From the NCBI GenBank assembly GCA_036676985.1, contig JAKFBU010000038.1:32001-96000 (forward strand): a DNA stretch of 64,000 nucleotides, in the 5' to 3' direction. Shown one piece after another: positions 18,600 through 26,632 of this stretch. Numbering within the stretch: position 1 is the first letter of the stretch; every line of letters starts with the position of its first letter. Below the pieces are notes generated by a model. That model made no database searches, was not told the origin of the DNA, and was given only the letters and a program-made list of their open reading frames with translations. The translations under genes were made by a program, and so were the position numbers. This stretch comes from Candidatus Sericytochromatia bacterium (GTDB lineage: Bacteria; Cyanobacteriota; Sericytochromatia; S15B-MN24; UBA4093).

Positions 18600-18793
18600 A
18601 AGGCTATCTTACCCGATCCCGAGGAAGGGGTACCCGGACCCTCGAAAGTTTGCAGGAATGTTGCACGATCTTCAAAGGTCCGCTTATTTCGCTCAAGTCT
18701 TGATTAAACCTGAGGTCCAGCTGTTAAGAAGCCGTATGGACGGGTAGGAAGGAAGTAACGGATGGGGTTCACAGTAAAGAGGAGGATGTATCA

Positions 18794-19015
18794 ATGCTTT
18801 CGAACACCAAACTCATCAGCTTCGTCAACCGCGTGGCCTCCGACAACGATCTGCGCGCTTCGCTGGATGCCGACTTCGAAGGCACCCTGAAGGCCAACGG
18901 CCTCGAGCTCACCGGCAAGGAAATCGAGTCGCTGCGCGCCAGCTACGGTTACATCCGCGGCGTCAACCCGACCGCTCTCGAGCGTCGCATCGCGGCCGCC
19001 GGTGGTAGCTGCTAA
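18794..19015 (+). CDS. Putative RiPP precursor/scaffold peptide with Nif11/NHLP-like leader
   Basis: Strong GAGGAGG RBS; 73 aa; FVNRVASDNDLRASL..GLELTGKEIESL leader pattern; ends ERRIAAAGGSC; directly upstream of a radical SAM gene. Confidence 0.75.
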   Translation: MLSNTKLISFVNRVASDNDLRASLDADFEGTLKANGLELTGKEIESLRASYGYIRGVNPTALERRIAAAGGSC

Positions 19016-19038
19016 ACAAGGGTAGGTGGTATCTGCAG

Positions 19039-19074
19039 GGCAGGGGGCGCTTGCCCCCTGCCATTTTCGTTTTT
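19039..19074 (+). terminator. Intrinsic terminator/attenuator between precursor and radical SAM gene
   Basis: GGCAGGGGGC-GCTT-GCCCCCTGCC 10-bp stem followed by ATTTTCGTTTTT. Confidence 0.75.
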
Positions 19075-19086
19075 AAAGGATCGCTC

Positions 19087-20145
19087 ATGGCCGTGTCGTA
19101 CGATCGCGAGTTCTGCGTCCAGATCTCGGTGACCAACAACTGCAACCTTTCCTGCCGTCACTGCTACCGGGATGTGCGCAAGGCCTTCGACGACGAGTTC
19201 AGCACCGCCGAGCTGATCACGCTCCTGCACCAGGTCCGCGACCTGGCGGCCGACCTCGATCGCGAGCCCAACGTCGTCTTCAGCGGCGGCGAGCCCCTCT
19301 CCCGCCCGGATTTGGGACTGCTCGTCCGGGTGGCGCGCTCCCTGGGCATCGAGACGCACGTCAACACCAACGGCACGCTCGTCACCGAGGAGCTGGCCGC
19401 CGCCCTGCGCGAGTGGGGGATCCTCGCGGTGCAGGTGTCGCTGGACGGCCCGACCCCCGAGAGCCATGACCGGATCCGCGGACGCGGCAACTTCGAGCGC
19501 ACGCTCGTGGGCGTCCGCCACCTCCTGGCCGCAGGCATCGAGGTCATGTACAAGGTGACGCTCATGCCGGGCGTCAACACCGCGCTCATCCCCGAGTTCT
19601 ACTCGCTCGCCAACCGCGAGGGCGTGCACATCCTGTCCTTCGCGCGCCTGATCGCCATCGGTCCGGGCGCTCGCCTGCAACAGATGTCCATGCAGGAGTA
19701 CCGGGACACCCTGGAGGCGATCGCCCAGGAGGCCCACCGCTCGCCCTTCACCCGCACCGAGATCCGGGACGCGGGCTTCGACCGGGCCTTCTCCCTCGAC
19801 TTCGGGCAGAATTTCCAGAGCGAGGAAGGCCTCTCCTTCATGGCCATCGACGCCAACGGCACGGCCTATGCCGGCCGGCGCACGCCCATCCAGCTCGGCA
19901 ACTGGCGCGAGTCGTCGCTCGCCGACCTGTGGCGCCATCCGGTGCTCGAAGAGCTCAGGAGCCGCCGCATCACGGGCAAGTGCCAGGGCTGCGAGCTCTT
20001 TTCCGTCTGCGGCGGGGGCTCGCGAGCGGCCGCCTACGGCGCGACCGGGGACTACATGGCCCCCGATCCCCACTGCTGGTACGAGCCCGGGGTGGGCGAA
20101 CGAGTGACGGAGGTGGCTGCGGTCGCCCTCCCGGTGGTAAGCTAG
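19087..20145 (+). CDS. Radical SAM enzyme with partial SPASM domain
   Basis: AAGGA RBS/ATG 19087; CNLSCRHC, SGGEP, TNG, VSLDG; C-terminal CQGC-x5-C...DPHC. Confidence 0.9.
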   Translation: MAVSYDREFCVQISVTNNCNLSCRHCYRDVRKAFDDEFSTAELITLLHQVRDLAADLDREPNVVFSGGEPLSRPDLGLLVRVARSLGIETHVNTNGTLVTEELAAALREWGILAVQVSLDGPTPESHDRIRGRGNFERTLVGVRHLLAAGIEVMYKVTLMPGVNTALIPEFYSLANREGVHILSFARLIAIGPGARLQQMSMQEYRDTLEAIAQEAHRSPFTRTEIRDAGFDRAFSLDFGQNFQSEEGLSFMAIDANGTAYAGRRTPIQLGNWRESSLADLWRHPVLEELRSRRITGKCQGCELFSVCGGGSRAAAYGATGDYMAPDPHCWYEPGVGERVTEVAAVALPVVS

Positions 20146-20149
20146 TGGC

Positions 20150-21280
20150 ATGCCACGCACGCTAGGAATCGATCTCGGCAACAGCAAGGTCAAGTACGTC
20201 GCCCTGGAGCTCACGGGGGACCGTCCGACCGCGCGCTATGCCACCTTCCCCCTGCCCTACACGCCCGAGCTGATGCCCGATCGCAGCACCGACTTCGAGG
20301 CGGGGCTCGTCACGACGTCGGCGGCCTTCCTCTCGGAGCTGGGCCTGTCCGCGGGCGCGTTCGACCAGGCGGTGGTCGCGACCAGCCACTTCTACAGCTA
20401 TCCCACCTTCAGCCAGGCGCTGCACCACACCGCGCGCCTCACGCAGGCGATCTGGGGCGATGCCGTCCGGCTCATCGGAGCGGACGGCAAGCTGTACTCC
20501 ACGAGCGCGGCCCTGGAGCGGACGGGGTCCGAGGTGGTGCGCTTCGCGGCCACCAAGTTCTGGGGCTCGGCGTACCTCGCGAGCAAGCTCATCCAGCGGG
20601 GCCTCTCGGTGGACGTGGGGACGACCTCGACGGATGCGATCGCCATCGTCGACGGAGTCATCGATCCGGCGTCCCAGCACGATCCCGACCGCTTCAACCT
20701 GGGCCGGCTGGAGAGCCAGCGACTCATGTGGTACGGCATGACGGCGACCCCGCTCGACTACGCGGCGCGCCGGGCCTCGGTGGGCGATCGCTCGTACTAC
20801 CTCTATCCGCGCATGGCGCAGACCGAGTGCGTGACGCGCATCCTGGACCTGGTCCCGGAGGAGCTCGCGCGCCGGCATGCCTACTTCGGGCGCTATCCCT
20901 CGCGGGAGGAGGCCCTGTTCGAGCTCGCCCAGGCCTTCGGTCTGGACCGGGAGCTGTTGAGCGACCGGGATCTGGTCGATCTGGCGGGCAACTTGCATCG
21001 CCAGCTGATCGCCCGGGTGGCCGAGGGCGTGGCCCGGGTCATGGCCCAGGCGGGCCTGGGGCATCCGGGGTCGATCCAGGCGGCCGTGATGGGCCTGGGC
21101 AAGGACGCGCTGGCGCGCCAGGCGTTGCTGGCCTGCGGGGTCAAGCACGACCGGATCGTGGACGTCGAGGACGTCATCGGGCCGGAGCTCGCGGCGGTGT
21201 CCACGGCCTACGGCGTGGCCCTCAAGGGCCTCGAGGAGGTCGCGGGGCGCTCCTTGGGCTTCGAGGCGGCTCGGACCTAG
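20150..21280 (+). CDS. Hydantoinase/oxoprolinase-family (ASKHA fold) protein, MfnF-like
   Basis: LGIDLGNSKVK and VDVGTTSTDAIAIVDG phosphate motifs, RL..RLMWYGMTATP; size and motif spacing recall methanofuran MfnF. Confidence 0.7.
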   Translation: MPRTLGIDLGNSKVKYVALELTGDRPTARYATFPLPYTPELMPDRSTDFEAGLVTTSAAFLSELGLSAGAFDQAVVATSHFYSYPTFSQALHHTARLTQAIWGDAVRLIGADGKLYSTSAALERTGSEVVRFAATKFWGSAYLASKLIQRGLSVDVGTTSTDAIAIVDGVIDPASQHDPDRFNLGRLESQRLMWYGMTATPLDYAARRASVGDRSYYLYPRMAQTECVTRILDLVPEELARRHAYFGRYPSREEALFELAQAFGLDRELLSDRDLVDLAGNLHRQLIARVAEGVARVMAQAGLGHPGSIQAAVMGLGKDALARQALLACGVKHDRIVDVEDVIGPELAAVSTAYGVALKGLEEVAGRSLGFEAART

Positions 21281-21415
21281 GGCGAACTCCCGCGAAACCA
21301 CGCCCGACTTGCCCTGCAGCGTTCGGGCGGAACACACATCCCTTCCTCACCTCGTGTCCCGGAGACCCAAAGCGACTATACTGCGGCCATCGTCCCAGGC
21401 AAGTCAGGCGGGAGG

Positions 21416-22054
21416 ATGTTCATGGCCAGGGTAGTGATCGTCGATGACCTCCAGGAGACCATCGATATCCTGGCCCCCCCCCTTGTCAGCCAGGGGCACG
21501 AGGTGTTGACGGACATCAGCCCGATTGACTTCGAGCGGGTCATGGCCTTCAAACCCGACGTGCTCACGCTCGACCTGTACCGTCGGCTCGAAGCGTTCGA
21601 CCGCCCGATTCAAAACATCGAGGCCGACGTGATCGGCTTCAAACCCCTCGTGGAGATGGAGCAGTACCCCGCCATCAGCGTCATTCCCATCATCCTGATT
21701 GGCAACTGCCTGCAGGAGAAGGACATTCCCACGTCCGTCAACTACGACTTGTTCCTCAGCCTTCCGGGGGATGTCAAGCTCTACTTCCCGAAGGTGGTCG
21801 AGATCGCCACCACGGTGAAGACGCGCCGCCAGATCAGCGACTACGTCTGTCCCCACTGCGGGAGCCGGCTGACGTTCACGGGGAAACGGAGAACGGACTT
21901 CTTTTGCCCCCGCTGCCACACCGCCGTCGCCCTCATCGACGACGAAAGCTGCATTGCACACACCAGTGACGGGCGCAAGCTTCCCTGCACCCTCGACATG
22001 TTGCGGCCACCCAAGGCGCTGCCCTTGAAATCCAGGAACAGACCGTCCGACTAG
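21416..22054 (+). CDS. Atypical receiver domain fused to zinc ribbon
   Basis: RVVIVDD..KPDVLTLD..IPIILIG receiver pattern; CPHC-x15-CPRC. Confidence 0.7.
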   Translation: MFMARVVIVDDLQETIDILAPPLVSQGHEVLTDISPIDFERVMAFKPDVLTLDLYRRLEAFDRPIQNIEADVIGFKPLVEMEQYPAISVIPIILIGNCLQEKDIPTSVNYDLFLSLPGDVKLYFPKVVEIATTVKTRRQISDYVCPHCGSRLTFTGKRRTDFFCPRCHTAVALIDDESCIAHTSDGRKLPCTLDMLRPPKALPLKSRNRPSD

Positions 22055-22106
22055 CGAGGCGGTGCCGGCCCAGCGGCCGATCCGGATCAGGAGGTCGAGA
22101 CGGCTG

Positions 22107-24524
22107 CTAGTTGGCCTTGAGCGTGACGAGCGTGATGTCGTCGAACTGGTCCGTCCCCTCCGAGAAGCGACGGATGGCCGACAGGATGGCCGTCTCCACC
22201 TCCTGGGCGGGCGACGTCACGTTGGCCGCCACGATCTCTGCCAGGCGCTCCTCGCCGAACTGTTCGCTGGTAGGGTTGAGGGCGTCCTCCGCCCCGTCGC
22301 TGTAGAAGACGATGAGCTCGCCTTCCTTCAGCGTCGCCCGGTTCTCCTCGTAGCCGATGGACGGGAACATGCCGAGCGAGACGCCCTTGGCCTCCAGCCG
22401 ACCCGTCGTGCCGGCCCGCGTCTCCATGGGCAGCGGGTTGCCGGCGTTTGAGAAGACGAGGCTGCGATCGCGCGAGTCGTAGACTGCGTAGAACGCCGTC
22501 ACGAACATCTTCTTGGACGGACGGTTGAGGTAGATGAGCTCGTTGGCCTTGGCCATCACGTCTGCCGAGGAGTAGTTGTCGCGGGCGATGGAGCGGAAGA
22601 TGACGAGGGTCATGGCCATCAGGAGGGCCGCCGGCACGCCCTTGCCCGACACGTCCCCGATGAGGATGCCCAGCCGGTGCTCGTCCACCGGGATGATGTC
22701 GTAGAAGTCGCCGCCCACCTCGAGCGCCGGGATCGAGGTGGCCGAGAACTCGACGCCGTCCAGGGCGGGGAGGCTCGTCCGCAGGAGGCCCGACTGGACC
22801 TCGTGGGCGATTTCCAGCTCGCGCTTGAGACGCTCCTGGCTCGCGAGCTGGCCGAACAGCTGGGCGTTCTTGACCCACAGGGCGAGCTGCTGGCAGAGGC
22901 TCACGAGCAGCGTGCGGTCCGTGAAGGTGTAGTTGAGGTCGCTCTTGCGCGGACCCACGAGCACGAGGCCGACCAGCTCGTCCTTGAGGCGCAGGGGCAA
23001 GGCGGTGGCCTGCAGCAGGCCGTCCACGTCCAGGGGCTCGGTGGTGACCGAGAGCTGCTGATCGGCGAGCAAGGTCCTGAGGGCAGGGTGCTCCGGGCTC
23101 AGCTCGATGCGCTGCCCGTACTCGAGTCCGAGGCTCTCGCGCTGCACGAGGTTGCCGGTGGCCTGGTCGCGCAAGAGGACCGCCACGTACTGGGGATAGA
23201 GCGCGAACTCGATGGTCTTGACGAAGAGGCGCAAGAGCTCGGTGGCGTCGAAGGTCTCGCGGGCCCGGTCGCCGAAGTCCGTCAGCAGCTGGGCGAGGTT
23301 GTAGCCGGTGCGGAAGAAGAGCTTGTCGACGAGGACCTTGGTGCGATCGCGCAAGGGAGCGAACGCTACGGCCACCGCGCCGGTCGCGACGATGTTGGTC
23401 CACTCGGAGCCCGTGCCGAACAGGCTGCGGATGCCCGCCGTCAGGATGAAGTAGGCCGACGTCAAGGCCGCCGTCACGATGGCGTAGGTGACGGTGCGCT
23501 TGACGATGACGTCGATGTCGAAGAGCTTGTGGCGGACGATGGTGTAGGCGACCGCCGCCGGGAAGATGACCATGCCGAAGAAGGTGTACTCGCCCCCCGG
23601 AAGGGTGGTGCCCATGGTCATCAGGCCGTTGACGATGATGACGGGCAGAAAGGCGATGAGGGCCCCCCACAGGATGAGGTTGGCCTGGCTCTTGACCTGA
23701 GGCGGGCTCGTGCGGCTGAAGCGGGCCCAGATGGAGGCGATGGGCACGATGAGGGTCGCGCCCGAGCCGATGAGCGTCAGGAACTCGAAGGCCACGGGCC
23801 ACATGTCCGGCCGGTAGAAGCTGAACAGGATGTAGCCCATGAACAGGAAGCCCGCGACGAGGTTGGCGGGCACGATCCAGGGGAACCGCTCGATGACGGG
23901 CATCTTGCGGGGCATGAGGAACGCCAGGTTGATGGCGAAGGCCCCCAGGAGCGCAAAGGCCTGGTTGTGCGGGAAGGTCGTGAAGACCTGGGTCGTGATG
24001 CCGTCGAAGTTGGTGACGAAGAACGTCCCGAAGAAGATGCAGAACAGGAGGTGCGCGCGGGCGACGGGATCGCCCGGCTTGACCAAGGAGACGAAGATGC
24101 CGATGAAGAAGTGGAAGAAGCCCACCACCCAGAACGCCAGGAAGAAGCCCACGTAGTCGAAGAGCGTGAAGCGCTGGGTCGGGATCGAGAGGTCCTGCTT
24201 CGCGAAGCCGTCGCCGGAGCGCCGCTCCACCGTGTAGCGCAACGGCGTGCCGGGGGGATGGGCCGCGACGATCCGGTAGACTTCCTGTCCGTCGGCCACC
24301 GGCGCGCCGTCGACGGCCACGACCCGGTCCTTCTGCTTGATCCCCGCCTGGATGCCCGTCCAGCGGGACGACGCCAGGGAGTCGACGGTGTTGTTGCGCA
24401 GGACGACGAAGCCGGGGAAGGGGCGATTGATCCAGGTGAAGGAGAGCAACAGACACGCTATCGAAATTATCACGAGCGAGCCCATGGTCGCCCAGAATAA
24501 GGCCTTGGTTAGCTTCTGCTGCAT
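22107..24524 (-). CDS. PDZ/multi-TM/GAF PP2C (SpoIIE/RsbU-family) phosphatase
   Basis: GIKQKDRVVAVDG (PDZ), ~8 TM helices, VGGDFYD, IGDVSGKGVPAAL, YSDG, DDITL. Confidence 0.9.
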   Translation of the reverse strand: MQQKLTKALFWATMGSLVIISIACLLLSFTWINRPFPGFVVLRNNTVDSLASSRWTGIQAGIKQKDRVVAVDGAPVADGQEVYRIVAAHPPGTPLRYTVERRSGDGFAKQDLSIPTQRFTLFDYVGFFLAFWVVGFFHFFIGIFVSLVKPGDPVARAHLLFCIFFGTFFVTNFDGITTQVFTTFPHNQAFALLGAFAINLAFLMPRKMPVIERFPWIVPANLVAGFLFMGYILFSFYRPDMWPVAFEFLTLIGSGATLIVPIASIWARFSRTSPPQVKSQANLILWGALIAFLPVIIVNGLMTMGTTLPGGEYTFFGMVIFPAAVAYTIVRHKLFDIDVIVKRTVTYAIVTAALTSAYFILTAGIRSLFGTGSEWTNIVATGAVAVAFAPLRDRTKVLVDKLFFRTGYNLAQLLTDFGDRARETFDATELLRLFVKTIEFALYPQYVAVLLRDQATGNLVQRESLGLEYGQRIELSPEHPALRTLLADQQLSVTTEPLDVDGLLQATALPLRLKDELVGLVLVGPRKSDLNYTFTDRTLLVSLCQQLALWVKNAQLFGQLASQERLKRELEIAHEVQSGLLRTSLPALDGVEFSATSIPALEVGGDFYDIIPVDEHRLGILIGDVSGKGVPAALLMAMTLVIFRSIARDNYSSADVMAKANELIYLNRPSKKMFVTAFYAVYDSRDRSLVFSNAGNPLPMETRAGTTGRLEAKGVSLGMFPSIGYEENRATLKEGELIVFYSDGAEDALNPTSEQFGEERLAEIVAANVTSPAQEVETAILSAIRRFSEGTDQFDDITLVTLKAN

Positions 24525-24652
24525 CTGATCGCTTTCTATCCCAGTATTTATAGGCCTTATACCATGGGAGATTGGAAAGTTATCGTGACAAAAACACGGC
24601 TTGCGTGAGGATGCGCGGTAGTTCAGGCCCCCTTCGCGGGTATGATCTCCCC

Positions 24653-25723
24653 ATGGCCAGCACCGCGATCGACTCCCGCCTCGTCTCTAGCCTCCTGGGC
24701 TTTCTCATGGCCCAGGCGGCCGACGACTTCTCCGAGGCCGTCGAGCTGCAGGGAGCCGTTCCGGGCTATCCCCTCTTGATCGGAGCGACGTTCCCGCTGT
24801 CGCTCATCGCCTCGGCCCTCGACCGGGCGGCGCCCTCCGACCCGGAGGTGCAGGCCGTCGTGGCCCGTCTCGTGGAGGCGCTGGTCGGCTTCGGCGACGA
24901 GGACGGCTGGCGCTACTTCACGATCTGTCCGGACATCCCGCCCGATGCCGACGACCTGGCGCAGGTAGTCGCCATCCTGGCCGAGCGCCGCCACCCCCAG
25001 GCGGCCATGCTGCTGGCAGGCCCGTTGCGCCGCCTCGCGCGCAACGCGCAGGGGACGGGGCGCTACCGGACCTGGCTCGTGGACACGCCGGAAGAGGCGG
25101 CGCAGGCGGACTTCACCTGGGCGGCCGGCCGGGATCCCGTGCATCCCGAGGTGGTGGCGAACGTCCTGTACGCGCTGTGGCGCCTCGATCGCGAGGCCTG
25201 GCGGGACGACATTCTCGCGGGCGCCCGCTGGCTCTTGACCCGGCAACAGGCGGGACTCTGGGCCAGCTACTGGTACTACGGCCACGGCTACGGGACGCAT
25301 CTGGTCCTGCGGCTCTTGGCGGCGGTCGCCGAGACCTGGCCGGGCGAGGTCGCGGGCCTCCCAGACGCGCAGGCCGCGGCCCGGGAGTCGCTACTCGCGG
25401 CCCAGGAGGCGCTGGGCGGCTGGAAGGTGGCGCAAGCGCCCCTGGGCCTCTTGGAGCTCGGTGAAGCTTGGGAGTCCGGCCCGGAGCGGGCGCTCGAAAC
25501 AGCCCTTTGCCTGTCGGCCCTGACATATTTGCCGGTGGATGACACCGTACGCATGGCCCAGGAACGGGCCATTGCCTATCTCGCCTCGATCCAGGAGCCG
25601 GACGGAGGCTTCGCGGCCGAACCGTACTACTTTACGATGGGTCGTATTCCGCACCAGAGCAGGTGTTTGACCGCTGCTGCCGTTTTGTCGGCCGCGGCGT
25701 TCGTGGGTCATGGGGGCAGTTAG
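24653..25723 (+). CDS. Squalene-hopene cyclase/prenyltransferase-repeat protein (single class II beta-domain)
   Basis: PPDADDLA (DxDD) plus QW-like repeats QQAGLW, QEALGGW, QEPDGGF. Confidence 0.7.
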   Translation: MASTAIDSRLVSSLLGFLMAQAADDFSEAVELQGAVPGYPLLIGATFPLSLIASALDRAAPSDPEVQAVVARLVEALVGFGDEDGWRYFTICPDIPPDADDLAQVVAILAERRHPQAAMLLAGPLRRLARNAQGTGRYRTWLVDTPEEAAQADFTWAAGRDPVHPEVVANVLYALWRLDREAWRDDILAGARWLLTRQQAGLWASYWYYGHGYGTHLVLRLLAAVAETWPGEVAGLPDAQAAARESLLAAQEALGGWKVAQAPLGLLELGEAWESGPERALETALCLSALTYLPVDDTVRMAQERAIAYLASIQEPDGGFAAEPYYFTMGRIPHQSRCLTAAAVLSAAAFVGHGGS

Positions 25724-25839
25724 CCTGCGTCTGGTAGGGGGTATGGGAAGCAAGGGGGAAGAAAGCTAGGTCATTTCCTGCGCGGCAGCGTATAATGACA
25801 GCAGCAACCCAATCGTACCAACCGGGAGAGGGATCTTCG

Positions 25840-26190
25840 TTGGAGACATTCAAGCAAAGCATCGAAACAGCTGGTGATATCACCTTCCTGAAGCCCGAGG
25901 GGTTCATCGACGCCCACACGGCTCCCGAGCTCGAGAAGGTGCTCAATGACCTGCTGGCCCAACACCGCTACAAGGTGGTGCTGGATTGCCAGAACATGGA
26001 GTACATCTCGAGCGCGGGTCTCGGCGTCCTCATGGGGGCCATCAGCACCTTCCGTCAGAACAAGGGCGACATGAAGCTCGTCCAGCTCCCGCCCAAGGTG
26101 TTCAAGGTCTTCGACCTGCTCGGCTTCACCAAGCTGTTCGAGATCTTCGATTCGCGCGGCGAGGCGATCGCCGCTTTCCAGGAGAGCTAA
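25840..26190 (+). CDS. STAS-domain anti-sigma-factor antagonist
   Basis: GFIDAHTAPELE, YISSAGLGVL, VFDLLGF; TTG start after GGAGAGG (the upstream ATG 25795 overlaps a TATAAT box). Confidence 0.9.
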   Translation: METFKQSIETAGDITFLKPEGFIDAHTAPELEKVLNDLLAQHRYKVVLDCQNMEYISSAGLGVLMGAISTFRQNKGDMKLVQLPPKVFKVFDLLGFTKLFEIFDSRGEAIAAFQES

Positions 26191-26195
26191 CGTCC

Positions 26196-26630
26196 ATGGG
26201 CGAGTCCAGCCAGTTCGAGGCCACCTTCCGCAACGACACGGCGAATCTCTACGAGATTCGCACCTTCGTGCGCGAAAAGGCGCTTGCGATGGGATTCCCC
26301 GAGGAGTCCATCGACAACATCGAGCTGGCCGTGGACGAGGCGTGCGCCAACATCATGGAGCACGCCTATCCGCCCGGCGTCTTGGAGCCGGGGCTCCACC
26401 TGATCATCCAGTACGAGGACGACAAGTTCACGGTGATCATCTCCGATCGCGGGGAGACCTTCGATCCGGGCAAGATCAAGCCGCCGGTGATGAAGGAGTA
26501 CATCTCCGAGTACCGGGTGGGCGGCCTCGGCATCTACCTCATGCGCACCCTGATGGACCAGGTGGATTACCACATCCAGCCGGGCATCAAGAACGAGGTC
26601 CGCATGGTCAAGTTCCTGCCTGCCGTCTAG
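26196..26630 (+). CDS. RsbW/SpoIIAB-like anti-sigma factor kinase
   Basis: IELAVDEACANIMEHAY, ISDRG, GGLGIYLMRTLMD. Confidence 0.9.
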   Translation: MGESSQFEATFRNDTANLYEIRTFVREKALAMGFPEESIDNIELAVDEACANIMEHAYPPGVLEPGLHLIIQYEDDKFTVIISDRGETFDPGKIKPPVMKEYISEYRVGGLGIYLMRTLMDQVDYHIQPGIKNEVRMVKFLPAV

Positions 26631-26632
26631 CA

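Noticed and set aside
19000-19015. Selenocysteine read-through, or a ThiS/MoaD sulfur-carrier reading of the GGSC end
   Set aside because: The stop is TAA, and the sequence pattern is helical Nif11-like rather than beta-grasp
20150-21280. Evidence for methanofuran-based C1 metabolism
   Set aside because: No other mfn or H4MPT genes in the window; the gene is coupled to the rSAM instead (cannot be excluded genome-wide)
21890-21925. CPRCH resembles a c-type heme motif
   Set aside because: Protein has no export signal and the motif pairs with upstream CPHC as a zinc ribbon
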